Origin: Octopus bimaculoides
Lineage: Eukaryota
Assembly: GCF_001194135.2 (NCBI RefSeq)
Contig: NC_069007.1
Coordinates: forward strand, 6,123,116-6,187,115
DNA length: 64,000 nt
Reading direction: 5' to 3'
Position 1 is the first letter of the stretch; each line of letters opens with the position of its first letter. Made by a program: the position numbers and the translations under genes. Shown here one piece after another: positions 1 to 12,522 of this stretch. The notes below the pieces were generated by a model, which saw only the letters and a list, made by a program, of their open reading frames with translations, had not been told where the DNA came from and made no database searches.

Positions 1-451
1 TATATATATATGTATGTATGTTTATTGTATTTTGGGTTTATTTTGTTATGAGATGTTCCACAAAAATTTTTAGTGCATGTCTTCTATATTTTGCATGTTG
101 ATTTTTGTCTTTGGAAAACAAAACTTTTATCGTTTTGTTTCTCTTTTACCAATATTCACAGTGATTTGATGTCTGTTTTGTGTGTAGTTTGGTTTGGATG
201 CCAGTTCTTTAAGTTCTGTAAGTTAGAAATCACTCCTACTTTGTCAAATCTGTGTGATCTGATTGGAACTTTCCTAGGTTTTCTATTGATGGAAGGAAAT
301 TTCATATTCTGAAGCCAAATGATTCTCCTGCCTCTATTTTTTCTATCGACCAGACTCTCAGACATCAGACGTCCTTTATACATCGCTGGTCATAGTATAA
401 GCACCAGACTTGAAATAGGTACTGATATCATCAGCATCATCATTGTCGTGT

Positions 452-897
452 GGAAGCACAATGGCCCAGTGGTTAGGGCAGTGGACTCGCGGTCATAGGA
501 TCGTGGTTTCAATTCCCCAGACTGGACGTTGTGAGTGTTTATTGAGCAAAAACACCTAAAAGTTCCACGAGGCTCCGGCAGGGGATGGTGGCGAACCCTG
601 CTGTACTCTTTTACCACAACTTTCTCTCACTCTCACTTCCTGTTTCTGTTGTACCTGTAATTCAAAGGGCCAGCCTTGTCACACNNNNNNNNNNTCCTGT
701 TTCTGTTGTACCTGTAATTCAAAGGGCCAGCCTTGTCACACTGTGTCAAGCTGAATATTCCCGAGAACTATGTTAAGGGTACACGTGTCTGTGGAGTGCT
801 CAGCCACTTGCACGTTAATTTCACGAGTAGGCTATTCTGTTGATCGGATCAATGGGGCCCTCGACGTCGTAAGCGACGGAGTGCCAACAAACAACAT
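452..897 (+). mobile_element. tRNA-derived SINE, family A (~400 bp, (AAC)n tail)
   Basis: Head GGAAGCACAATGGCCCAGTGGTTAGGGCA...GGTTTCAATTCC (A/B-box like). Body is near-identical to copies at 42098, 51528, 59749 and 53421. The 10-N gap at 685-694 has a duplicated flank. Confidence 0.9.
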
Positions 898-959
898 CAT
901 TGTCGTCATCATAATCATCATCACCATTACCACCACCACCAGCATCATCATTATAGTCG

Positions 960-1160
960 TCATCATCATCATCATCGTCATCTTTTCAAGTTAGTATGGG
1001 CCATACGGTTTGAGAGGTGCTGGAAAGACCAAGGCCTACACCAAGTTCTTTAGTCTATGTTTGATTTGGTTTCTACAGCTGGATGCCCTTCCTAATGCAA
1101 ACGACTTTACATGGCACCATCACCACTGCTTTTTACTTACATGGTACCAATACCAGTGAT
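960..1160 (-). mobile_element. SINE-like family C, degenerate copy
   Basis: TTTCTACAGCTGGATGCCCTTCCTAA core shared with 18785-19130 and 19345-19569; starts at a (CAT)n tract. Confidence 0.75.
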
Positions 1161-1325
1161 ACTTCCTCTGTTTTGTAGTAGCCATTGTGTCACTTGTATA
1201 TCAGAACTTAGGTGGAATGCTTGCCACTGAAGAGAATGGTACATGCAGGGTCTTGTCTAACCATGCTTTAAGCACATCTTTCATTACAGAAAATGCCTTT
1301 CTAATTTGTTCTTACTCCACGATGA

Positions 1326-1479
1326 GTGGCTGTGTGGTAAGTAGCTTGCTTACCAACCACATGGTTCCAGGATCAGTCCCACTGCATGGCACCTTGGGCA
1401 AGTGTCTTCTACTATAGCCTCAGGCCAACCAAAGCCTTATGAGCGGATTTGGTAGACGGAAACTGAAAGAAGCCCGTCA

Positions 1480-1542
<63 letters not shown>

Positions 1543-1766
1543 CTGTTTGTGTGTCTGTGTTTGTCCCCCCACCCAGCATCGCTTCACAACCGATGGTGGT
1601 GTGTTTACGTCCCCGTAACTTAGCGGCCCAGCAAAAGAGACAGATAGGATAAGTTCTAGGCTTCCAAAGATTAAGTCCTGGGGTCGATTTGGTCGATTAA
1701 AGGCGGTGCTCCAGCATGGCCGCAGTCAAATGACTGAAACAAGTAAAGACTAAAGAGTAAGAGTAA
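1326..1766 (+). mobile_element. tRNA/CORE-type SINE, family B, with internal (TA)n(TG)n
   Basis: GGCTGTGTGGTAAG head with GGTTCCAGGATCAGTCCC B-box; CORE-like GGCACCTTGGGCAAGTGTCTTCTAC; tail CAGTCAAATGACTGAAACAAGTAAA. Confidence 0.9.
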
Positions 1767-2571
1767 ATGAGTATATTGAAAATATAATCGACAAACTGAA
1801 AATGAGCAATTTCTGAAATGGTTAATTAGAAGAGGATGAAATGAGAAATAATTTCAAAAACAGTAAACTTATGAACTAAGAAACAATTTAAGCAACATAA
1901 ACGGAAATAAAGCTAATTAAGATATAGAATGGCTAATAAATTGGTAAATATCAATTAATATAAACAAGCCCCTGAATGAAATAAACATTAGAAACCAATA
2001 TAGGAACATGATAAGTAGAGAAAAAGAATGAATTTACTCCAATATGTTGTAGAATCTTCTCAAAGCATTAGGAAAGGAATTCAACAGAGATGAATAATAT
2101 ATATACATACAGTATATCATGTTTGGGGTCTGAAGATATACCGTAAGGCTAAGCCCCTTATGAGTGAAAAAAGCAGGGTAACCTCATAAAGCGGCTTACC
2201 CCATTATAATTTTGACTGCTTTACACCTTGGAGTGTGCTTCTCCTCCAGATTTATGTATTTCTACAAGCACTCCTATATATATATACATATATATATATA
2301 TATAGATAGATAGATAGATAGAAACCACGATCTTAAGACCGCGAGTCTGCTGCCCTAACCACTGAGCCATTGCACTTCCACATTATATAATATATATTGG
2401 TATTAATATAGGCATGTAAATTATATAGTACAGTTGTTTAATTTATAAATTAATACAGATAAAAACGCTTGCTCATCTGATCAGAGAAAATCATGGTTAC
2501 TTTCAATCATCAACACAATACATACACATACATATATGCAGGTATGGATGCTTTTCTATGTATAGTTGTGA

Positions 2572-2810
2572 TGGTGCATGGCCTAGTGGTTAGTGTGTTA
2601 CACTCATGATCACAAGATTATGGTTTTGGTTCCCCAGACCTGGGTGTCGTGTTCTTTTCTTCAATGAAACACTTTTATGTTGCCCTGCAGACATATTAAC
2701 AGCTGATGCATAGCATGCATGTGCACCTGCACAGGTAATGTCAATTTGATGGAAGGAGTGAGCTTACATGAACACATGCATTCAGTCACTATGTGAGCAC
2801 CTGCATGGTT
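2572..2810 (+). mobile_element. tRNA-derived SINE, family F, degenerate
   Basis: GGTGCATGGCCTAGTGGTTAG head, similar to 55340-55590. Confidence 0.6.
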
Positions 2811-2932
2811 TTTCAGCAAGAAATTGAGGATCCATTATATAAATATATACGCACACACAAATAGATAAATACATTCACACACACATACACACCATTCGTT
2901 TTTTTATCCATAATACAAATAAGTATATATAC

Positions 2933-2963
<31 letters not shown>

Positions 2964-2990
2964 CATATATACACACACATATACATATAC

Positions 2991-3022
<32 letters not shown>

Positions 3023-3350
3023 ATAAATTCATATATACATATACACATATATATATATGTGCATAAACATATATATATATATACATATATACCTATATAA
3101 ATATATATATATGTTTTTTTGTGTATAGATGAGGCATTAAGCTTTGTACTGAATTGAGAATTCTCTGTCTTCAAGTGAAGGTTTTTTTTCTTTCTGTTTT
3201 CCTTTTTGAATGGCACTGTGTAATTACTTGTTCTATAACTGTAACTGCTTATTTTCAATATCTGGTTGAATAGCAACATATGAAACTGACACTGAAGGGA
3301 AGTGATAATTATATATGTATATGAGTATATGTGAGTGTGTGTGTGTGTTT

Positions 3351-3419
<69 letters not shown>

Positions 3420-3852
3420 CATATATATATTGATATATACATATGAATTTATATATATATATATANNNNNNNNNNNNNNNNNNNNNNNNNNNNNNNNNNN
3501 NNNNNNNNNNNNNNNNNNNNNNNNNNNNNNNNNNNNNNNNNNNNNNNNNNNNNNNNNNNNNNNNNNNNNNNNNNNNNNNNNNNNNNNNNNNNNNNNNNNN
3601 NNNNNNNNNNNNNNNNNNNNNNNNNNNNNNNNNNNNNNNNNNNNNNNNNNNNNNNNNNNNNNNNNNNNNNNNNNNNNNNNNNNNNNNNNNNNNNNNNNNN
3701 NNNNNNNNNNNNNNNNNNNNNNNNNNNNNNNNNNNNNNNNNNNNNNNNNNNNNNNNNNNNNNNNNNNNNNNNNNNNNNNNNNNNNNNNNNNNNNNNNNNN
3801 NNNNNNNNNNNNNNNNNNNNNNNNNNNNNNNNNNNNNNNNNNNNNNNNNNNN

Positions 3853-3905
<53 letters not shown>

Positions 3906-4427
3906 TTATACAAGTGCACCTGTGCACATAGCTCATGCCTGCACACATTGTATAATGGATAAACGCACTCATATCTGATGCACACATGCATTAACACCCA
4001 TCCAACCCCAGCATGCACAAACACAGACATGCACATGCACACATACACACACATAGATATATTCATATTCATGTTATTCATGCACACAAACATGCATAGG
4101 AATGTCAATGCTGTATATTGCATTATATCATGCATTTGGTACTTCACACGAAAATGTGGAAAAGTGACAGAAACGCCTTGATCAAGAGCATGAATCATAA
4201 TTTCAGTCCAGAGTGAATTGTTGTTTGACATATTGATTTCAACAGATTCTGAAGAATGTTGTGGTGAAAATATGAAATTTAATGAATTGATTTATTATAA
4301 ATTAAGCCATGAGATCAATAAATGAGTATTAGATATTAATTAAGGTCGATTAGGATTCTAGTGTGTTCTAAGCCCTTTTTAAATTCTATAGTTGAACCCC
4401 ACCAATCCTGATTTTGATTTCAGTAAC

Positions 4428-4650
4428 ACTTAGTATTCTGGCAGAATCGTTAGCATGCTGGACAAAATGCTTTGTGGTATTCCATCCGTCTTTACCATTC
4501 TGAGATCAAATTCTGCTAAAGTTGACTTTGCCTTTCATTCTTAAAGGATTAGTAAAATAAGTACCAGTTGAGTCCTGGGGTTGATATAATCAGTTCAACC
4601 TTCCTGCCAAATATGTCAGGCCTTTACTTATAGTAGAAAGGACTATTATT
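4428..4650 (+). mobile_element. tRNA-derived SINE, family D
   Basis: GGCAGAATCGTTAGCA...GAGATCAAATTCTGCT...GACTTTGCCTTTCAT...AAGTACCAGTTGAG. Many other copies in the window (5508-5780, 50610-50830, 54045-54270, 55690-56235, 58845-59270, 61785-61990). Confidence 0.8.
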
Positions 4651-4699
4651 CCCACACTGCATAACACAATTTTTGTCCTTGGGTAGCAACTATTTGTTT

Positions 4700-4945
4700 G
4701 CCCTCAGAAAGGAAGAAAAATGGTTAATATATCCTTCAAACTTTGCTTTTCTTACATTTATTTAAACCCCAAAGAATCTCCACCAACCCATGGCCATCAT
4801 GCTCCCCCACTACTCCTGCTCATCATCAGAGATGCACATATTGTCAGCCACTAAGAGACATGCTCAAGTGGTTAAGGTCAAACAACTGACATACAAGCAG
4901 AATATTTGTTATAACAATATTTCTGCTTCAGCAACCCAGCACTGA
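4700..4945 (+). repeat. Interspersed repeat (family E), unclassified
   Basis: Clearly homologous to 45475-45640 (GCTCCCCCACTACTCCTGCTCATCATCAGAGATGCACATATTG). Confidence 0.7.
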
Positions 4946-4949
4946 ATCT

Positions 4950-5430
4950 ATGTAATGAACAAGGTGACTACATACACCCAGAAATGGGCTGAGAGGAAGC
5001 CATCCCTGAAAATTTTGGCAGATGTGGCTAATGCATAAATTGCATCTACTAATTATGTCGGTGCATACACTCTTCCGGTTCTTATGGAAGAAATGCATTC
5101 CGGTAGTTAGGTGGTCTTATCTGCTGTCAACACCCAGTGCATGGTAGTCTGGGCATGTTGTGCTTGATGATATGCAGACATGCACTAAGGCTACGACATC
5201 TCCAGTGCTTCCTTGACAGTGGACAGGTGTGGTCACTGTTCGCCAGACACATATTTCCCCAGCTCTTTAATGGAGCTGCAGTCCTATGTCAAGCAGAGAC
5301 CAAGAGAAGGCATTTGGAAAATGGAATGTCTTCAAGCACTCACAGCCCGTCAGACATTGTGATTGGTGAAAAATCTACTTTAGCTTTCTATAGAGGATTA
5401 GTGGACAGAAAGCACGATGGCATTCTTGCA
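4950..5430 (-). mobile_element. Possible heavily decayed non-LTR retrotransposon ORF2 C-terminal relic
   Basis: Higher-complexity, GC-richer segment. The minus-strand frame with stops (MPSLGLCLT*DCSSIKELGKYVSGEQ*PHL) weakly recalls R4/Dong ORF2; by-eye only. Confidence 0.25.
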
Positions 5431-5507
5431 CCAAAATTTGAAATTGCTGCTCTTCTTCTTCTTCATCTTCTTCTTCTTATTATTATTATTATTATTATTC
5501 GGATTCA

Positions 5508-5742
5508 GGTAGCGAGCTGGCTGAACCATTAGCATCCAAGGCAAAATGCTTAGTGACATTTCGTCCATCTTCACATTCTCAGAAGAAATTCTGCTAAGGT
5601 CAGCTTTCCATGGTCAATTTCCATCCTTTCACGGCCAATTGAATAAGCAGCATTTACACACTGAGGCCAATGTAATCACCTTAATAATCCCTTCCCCCAG
5701 AATTTCATGCCTTGTGCTTATAGTAGAAAGGATTATTATTGA

Positions 5743-5778
<36 letters not shown>

Positions 5779-5780
5779 CA
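5508..5780 (+). mobile_element. tRNA-derived SINE, family D
   Basis: GGTAGCGAGCTGGCTGAACCATTAGCA head, GGCAAAATGCTTAGTG motif and (ATT)n tail. Confidence 0.75.
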
Positions 5781-5993
5781 TCAATGTGGCAAGCTAGCAG
5801 ATTCATCAAGGCACCAGGCTTTAAGGATTTCCTCCTCCCCGTTACCTTTTGCCATCATCATCATCATCATCATCATCATCATATTCATCATCATCGTTAT
5901 TAAAGTTAGATTCTGCCTCATCACTCCAGACTCTCAGATTAGTAATGGTAATTCACTTATTTAGTGTGTGTACGTGCGTGTGTGTGTAGGCAA

Positions 5994-6041
<48 letters not shown>

Positions 6042-6721
6042 ATGTCTGTATGTGCGTACAAAATTCAATTATGCCTCCTGTGTACAATGTAAATGTGTTG
6101 CTTAAGCTCTGAATTTCTCGAGATAAGGTTTAACCAGAAGAGAAATATGTAAATAAAGCTGAAATCCTCACCACCACCACCACCACCACCACCGTACTTC
6201 ACCATCACTTTTCTCACCCCTTCCACTACCCCCACTCCCTATTTTAGAATTGGCTAGAATTACATCCTTCAATTATGACCAAATACTTCACCAATAACAC
6301 TAACAGATGATGCTGGTGTATCAAATCACAGATGCTCTTCTCTGATTGCAATATAACTTAACGATGCTGCTGTCATAAATTATTCATAATGTGAGCCAAT
6401 GGTGATGAGGCCTCTACGTGATCGTTTAATCTGTTGGAAATAGCAGTCAAAATTAATTTTCCTCAAATCACATCTTCGATCTATAGTCTTTTGCTGGTTT
6501 CAGGCATTGGACTGCTGCCATGCTGGAGCACCATTTTGAAGGGTTTGGGAGTTGAATATATCAGTCTCAGTAGTCAGTTATTATTTATTATATCAGTTTC
6601 TCTTTTGCTGAACTGCTAGGTTACAGGGATGTAACCAATCCCAGTTGCCAAGTGGTAGGAGTAGTGGAGGAGGAACACAAGTGCAAAAATACACACAGAC
6701 ATCTCTCTCTCTCTCTCTCTC

Positions 6722-6790
<69 letters not shown>

Positions 6791-6906
6791 ATATGTATAT
6801 ATATAAATATGTGTGTATGTATGTATATGTACAAATTTATAAGTATATATATATGTATGTATACATATGTATATATATAAGGTGATTAAAATCAAAATAA
6901 GCAACA

Positions 6907-7393
6907 TTCAGGATCAGAGCTAAGTGGTTGCCCAAAAGATGACCAGCATGGAGGAGAAGGGTCTGGAAGCTCAAAGATCCTGCGAATGGACAGAGATTTA
7001 GAGACCTATTACTCGAAGCCTTTGACGAAATAGAAGGGGATGTAGCTTCAGACAATGTAAAAGACAACTGGACATTTCTACGGGACAACCTGCTGAGAGC
7101 CACTGACCAAATCTGTAGCTGGCGTAAAGTCCTCTCTCAACCCAAAGTAACGTGGTGGTGGAACAAGGAGGTAGACAGGGCTATTAGACAAAAGAAACAG
7201 GCTTGGAAGGACTGGAAGAACGGTGGTAGCAGGGAATTGTATCAGACTGCCAGAAGGGAAGCTAAGCGATAGGTTAATTTAGCCAGAGGGGAAGCAGATA
7301 AGAAAAAGTTTGCCAATGTTCTGCGCCGTGAGGACCAAAGACTTGAGGTATTTCGAGTTGCAAGACAGTGTGTGAGAGAGAATCGTGATGTCT
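6907..7393 (+). mobile_element. RTE-clade LINE ORF2 fragment (linker between APE and RT)
   Basis: Frame with two stops: RRVWKLKDPANGQRFRD...NWTFLRDNLLRATDQICSW...VTWWWNKEVDRAIRQKKQAWKDWKNGGSRELYQTARREAK...VFRVARQCVRENRDV, typical of RTE ORF2. Confidence 0.85.
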
Positions 7394-7424
7394 GCTTTCT
7401 CTTTTTCTTTTGAAGAAAGTGGCG

Positions 7425-7834
7425 GTTGTCATGCCTGAAACAGCTTACAAGGATGCTGCCATGAGCTAAACATAGGTTTACAAGTGGCTTCCACGCTTTA
7501 CAATGGTCACTTGTTGCTTGAAGCCCCAACTTCATTTAGGACAACCTCCCAGCAAATGAAAACATCATGAAAGTTCATGAACTAATTTTGGAGGACTGTC
7601 ACTGAACAATTGATGAACTTGTTGATATGACTGGTGTGGCCTGCAGCTCCTGCCAGCGAATAATGAGTGAGGAATTACGAATGAAAAGAGTTGCAGCAAA
7701 AGTTGTGCCTCATCTACTCACAGAAGGTCAAAAGCAGTCACGACTGAATGTGCATCGTGAACTGGACGAACAATTGGAAGTTGATCTGGACCTTTTGTTT
7801 GAAGGTCATCAATGGTGACGAAAGCTGGTGCTAC
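7425..7834 (+). mobile_element. mariner transposase relic (HTH to first catalytic D)
   Basis: TIDELVDMTGVACSSCQRIMSEELRMKRVAAKVVPHLLTEGQKQSR...KVINGDESWCY (WVPHLL-like and first-D motifs); stops and frameshifts. Confidence 0.9.
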
Positions 7835-7939
7835 AGAATTTGCAGATGAGGAAGAGATGAAGAAGAAACTCCAGTTTATTTTGGGTATCCTCTTGTGTGT
7901 GTGTGGTGGGGGGTTGTGTATGTATGTAGGTATGTATGT

Positions 7940-8135
7940 ACGGAGTGGTTGGCATTAGGAAGGGCATCCAGCAGGTAGAAACCACGCCAGAACAGGCAGG
8001 AGTCTGGTGTAGCTTTCCAGCTTACCAGTTCCAGTCAAACCATTCAACCCATGCCAGCACAGAAAATGGATGCGAAATGATGATGATGATGATGACAATG
8101 ATGATTCTGACAACAATGAGGATGATGATGATGAT
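7940..8135 (+). mobile_element. SINE-like family C
   Basis: GGTTGGCATTAGGAAGGGCATCCAGC...CAACCCATGCCAGCA...(ATG)n tail. Confidence 0.8.
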
Positions 8136-8149
8136 AAAATATATATCTA

Positions 8150-8533
8150 TAAATATTTAGCGGAAGTTACAGAGTGACTCAAGGACCAAGACTTTCATGT
8201 GTTAACACTTATCAAATACGTAACAGATCAAAGGGCTGTGGATTTATATAACTGGTGAGAAATTATATTTTCCTGGATTATTCTAGAATGAATTTTAAAC
8301 AACAATTATGTCACTCAGATAATTCATACTTCTTCAAATAGCTTCCCCCATTATGTCATTCAGTAAGCGAATACAGGCAAATATTGAGCAAATTACCTAG
8401 AAAAGTCCACAGAAAATATAATTTTCCACCAGTTATATAAATCCACATCTCTTTGATCTGTAACTTGTTTGATAAGTGTTAACACACGAAACTTTTGGCC
8501 CTTGAGTTACTCTGTTGTTTATGCTAAATATTA
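8150..8533. mobile_element. MITE-like foldback (~110-125 bp inverted arms, ~130 bp spacer)
   Basis: 8166-8275 is the reverse complement of about 8405-8515 (e.g. GTGTTAACACTTATCAAA and GTGGATTTATATAACTGGTG mirrored). Confidence 0.8.
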
Positions 8534-8606
8534 ATGAACATATATTCATATACTCATAGTTTGAGTTCTAGTGTTCCTGTTTGCATCAACATACCTACAT
8601 ACATAC

Positions 8607-8753
8607 TGGTAAGTAGATTGCTTACCAACCACATGGTTCCGGGTTCAGTCCCACTGCGTGGCACTTTGGGCAAGTGTCTTCTACTATAGCCTCGGGCCGA
8701 CCAAAGCCTTGTGAGTGGATTTGGTAGACGGAAACTGAAAGAAGCCCGTCGTA

Positions 8754-8794
<41 letters not shown>

Positions 8795-8995
8795 TTGTGT
8801 GTCTGTATTTGTCCCCCCACCATCGCTTGACAACCGATGCTGGTGTGTTTACGTTCCCGTAACTTAGCGGTTCGGCAAAAAGAGACCGATAGAATAAGTA
8901 CTAGGCTTCCAAAGAATAAGTCCTTGGGTCGATTTCCTCGACTAAAGGTGGTGCTCCAGCATGGCCGCAGTCAAATGACTGAAACAAGTAAAAAA
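8607..8995 (+). mobile_element. SINE family B
   Basis: Same head/CORE/tail organisation as 1326-1766, with internal (TA)n(TG)n. Confidence 0.9.
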
Positions 8996-9178
8996 AAAGA
9001 GTATATATATATTTATGCATGTATATATATATATAGGTCAGTAAATGGTGGGGTTGTGTTAACCACGCGTTGAGAAATAATAGGAAAATAAAAAATAATA
9101 ATAAGGCAGAATGCTACACTGAAAGCATATTTTAATATAGATGTGTATAAGGAAGATTACAAAGGATTTCAAAAGGAT

Positions 9179-9216
9179 TTCTAACCGGCTTTCATTGCAT
9201 GGCAAATTTTCAAGAA
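9179..9216 (-). ncRNA. Minimal type-I hammerhead ribozyme-like motif, U3-A8 variant
   Basis: Minus strand: TTC-TTGAAAA-TTTGC-cat-GCAAT-GAAA-GCCGGT-TA/GAA. Stem I TTC/GAA; stem II 4 bp plus one mismatch; quasi-palindromic stem III AGCCGGTT. Confidence 0.55.
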
Positions 9217-9507
9217 GTGGAAGTGTGGTTTCTAAACAGGAAGTGTGGTGTCAAAACAGGAAGTGTGTGTAAGGGAAGACAATTCTGTGGGTTTTATACT
9301 CTTTAGTTGGAGTTCTGGACTCTTTGTCAACAGGAAGTTTATGTCTGTTCTTAGAGAAATAAAAAGTAAATTTATATGTATTTCATTGGGTAGGCGAGAG
9401 AGGAGAATATGGTGGAACTGAACCCAGAACCATATAGTTGGGAAACAAGTTTCTTACCACACAGTCACTTTTCTGTTTGCATAACCATACCCATATATAT
9501 ATTCATA

Positions 9508-10649
9508 CCAGGTCTTGCAGATGAATTGAAACCTATTTTAAGCAGTTGTTTTAGTGGGTTTAACATTTCATTTTTTGACAAAACCTTGCTGGTTTGAAAA
9601 TCTAATTCTTCTCTTTATTTTTCGGATAAAAAAGCGAACTGATTCAACAATAGAAAGTTATGGAACAACAGAATCGTTCTGTCATTGTTGTTTTTTGCAT
9701 GCACCGGGCACACTGCCAATAAAATTAAATTGACAAAACTTCCAAAAGCAACAGTTTATTGTGTGTATAAACAATTTAAAGAAGAGGGAAAAATTGATAG
9801 GAACGAACGCAAGACTCTAAGTGATTTGAAGTGCAATCCAAAGTTTCTTGCTGGCCTCAAATGCTTGACTGAATCCAGCCCATCCACATCCATGACAACT
9901 CTTGCAAAGAAATGCAATGTATACGTTTCCATGGTGTTCAGAGCTGTGAATAGGAACTATGGCATGACTAGTTATGTTTGATGACACTGTCTCCTCCTAA
10001 CAACCAAGGCCAAAGCAATCAGAACCGAGAGATGCCTAAAGCGTTTCTTATTTATCAAGCATCAAGGTGCAGGAAAATTTCTCGTGTTTGTGGACGAGAA
10101 TAAGTTCATTGTGGACACTGAGGTAAATCACAGAAATTCTCAAGTGATTGCATACAACCCTTCTGACGTCCCCTCTGTGTTTGAGACTAAGAATCCTGCC
10201 TCTGTGATGGTATTTGGAGCCGTGGCATGGATCCACTCTTCATTGAGTCTGGCATGAAGATTGGTACAAAGGAGTATCTGGACATTCTGAAGAACTCTGT
10301 TACCTTGGATGGAGCAGAAGTTTGGGCTTGGCAATGTAGTGCTTATCCAGGAGTCTGCACCAAGCCATGGGCCAAAAGTAATACTGGTTTTCTTTGATGA
10401 GAAAGTGCCATTTTTCGTGAGGGCCCACATCTGGCCCAGTAATAGCCCAAATCTGATTCTGGCAGCTGCAAAAAAATCTTTCTCATGTGGAGGCAGTAAT
10501 TGCTCAAAAGGGTGGCCATATTGAGTGATAAACGTTTTTGTTGTTATAAATGTTACATTAAAATTATATCTGTCTGCTACCATTATTTTAGTATTTATAA
10601 CCAGTTTTATGCATTGTAAAAATTGTCTCAATTTCTCTGCAAAACACTG
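9508..10649 (+). mobile_element. DD37D (maT-family) Tc1/mariner element, decayed, both TIRs present
   Basis: TA-flanked imperfect TIRs (CCAGGTCTTGCAGATGAATTGAAAC / GTCTCAATTTCTCTGCAAAACACTG). Relic ORF from ATG 9660 with FVDENKFIVD, KNPASVMVFGAV and IQESAPSH...WPSNSPNL; inferred spacing to the missing third D is 37. Confidence 0.9.
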
Positions 10650-10956
10650 TACATACATATACATGCATGTGNNNNNNNNNNNNNNNNNNNNNNNNNNNNN
10701 NNNNNNNNNNNNNNNNNNNNNNNNNNNNNNNNNNNNNNNNNNNNNNNNNNNNNNNNNNNNNNNNNNNNNNNNNNNNNNNNNNNNNNNNNNNNNNNNNNNN
10801 NNNNNNNNNNNNNNNNNNNNNNNNNNNNNNNNNNNNNNNNNNNNNNNNNNNNCACTGCTCAGCACTTTGGGCAAGTGATTTTTACTTCAAACTTGGGCTA
10901 ACCAAAGTCTTGTGAGTGGATTTGATAAGCCCAGTTTATTGTGTGTGTGTGTGTGT

Positions 10957-10998
<42 letters not shown>

Positions 10999-11887
10999 AT
11001 AAGAGAAAGAGAGAGAGGATGTATGTGTGTGTGCATGAGAGAAAGAGAGAGAGGGTGTGTGTGTGTGTTTGGGTCTTCTTATCTTCTTATAGTTCTAGTT
11101 GGGTGTCACAGTCACTCAAGCAAAACATTGCTCATTTCAATATTGTGCCAAAACCTGCCTGGTGATGTGAAAATATCACCTTGCTCGTTAACTTGCAAAC
11201 AGGTGAGGGATGATGAAGGGTATCCAGTGGTAGAGAATCTGCCTCAATAAGCTCAATCCAACCCATAATAATGAAGATTATAATGATGATGATGATGATT
11301 ATATTATACATGTTAGCCTTCTTCCCGTTTCCATCTGGCAAATCCAACTCACAAAGTCCTAGTCAGCTTGAGGCTACAGTAGAAAACACTTGCCCAAGGT
11401 ATCACACAGGAGCATAGGAAGATTGAACTCAAAACCATAGAGTCAGGATAGATTGCTTCTTAACCACACAGCCATGCCTGGGACTGACTAATTCAGAAAT
11501 AAAATGTAAAGCAAGAATAAATCATTTTTTTTATTCCATAAATGGTAAATGAAATAAAGAACTCCTCGTTGATGGCATGAAATCAGTTTCAAACAAAGTC
11601 TCAGATCGAATTAGAAGCCAAAAAATATTTACAACTCAGAAATTTACCGAATGGTTTATTTTGTGTTAATGTTTCTTTGAATTAACTGCGGAATGGTAAA
11701 AGGAATTTCGCAGCCAGAGAAAGTTTGTAAAAAAAACAAGCAAAGAAATTAATAATAAATAAATAACTTTAAATTAATTTAGTTAACTTCTGTGATTTGA
11801 GAAACGGTTAACTTAATTATTTTGATTAATTAATAAACAGTTTGCGAAAAAATTAAATGCTGTTACAGTTGGTCTTTACAAGAAACA

Positions 11888-11936
<49 letters not shown>

Positions 11937-12469
11937 GTTGCATGCATGTCATATTTAATAAGGAAAATAAAAAGAAATTCTGTTGTTGAGGCGCTAGAGT
12001 TAAATATGGAATGACATAGCTTAAACATAGCATAATTATATTGTTTTGTTAGAAACCCCGTTTGTTAATGCATTATTGTTCTTTATGTCATCGTTGTTGT
12101 TGTTGGTGGTGGTGGTAGTGTTGATGATGTTTTTGATGATGATGTTGTTGGTGCTGTTGCTGCTTTTGTTTTTGTTTTTATTTGTTGTTGCAACAAGCAA
12201 AATCATCTGGCCAATTGTCAAAAACTCTTCTCATTATAATCAATATAAGTGTGCCAGTGATTGTGTGTGCGTGTATGTGTATGTGTGTGTGTGTATGTGC
12301 ATATATATATNNNNNNNNNNNNNNNNNNNNNNNNNNNNNNNNNNNNNNNNNNNNNNNNNNNNNNNNNNNNNNNNNNNNNNNNNNNNNNNNNNNNNNNNNN
12401 NNNNNNNNNNNNNNNNNNNNNNNNNNNNNNNNNNNNNNNNNNNNNNNNNNNNNNNNNNNNNNNNNNNNN

Positions 12470-12522
<53 letters not shown>

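Noticed and set aside
156-383. 75-aa minus-strand ORF as a host exon or LINE/PLE remnant
   Set aside because: Only vague similarity to retroelement motifs in different frames; not supportable by eye.
655-735. Short direct repeats flanking 10-N gaps (also 14830, 25498, 39626)
   Set aside because: Exact duplication on both sides of a fixed 10-N spacer indicates unmerged contig overlap, an assembly artefact.
1722-1746. Family-B tail hairpin CAGTC-aaat-GACTG-AAAC as a hammerhead
   Set aside because: No CUGANGA upstream in any copy.
2125-2155. CTGAAGA followed by a CC-GTAA-GG hairpin
   Set aside because: The GAAA half of the core is absent.
2813-3987. Long [12 protein letters not shown]/poly-X ORFs here and throughout the track
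   Set aside because: They are translations of (TA)n, (TG)n and (CA)n microsatellites and N gaps.
4246-4285. CTGAAGA...GAAA hammerhead-like stretch
   Set aside because: Stem II is weak and there is no valid stem III or cleavage triplet; compatible with chance in AT-rich DNA.
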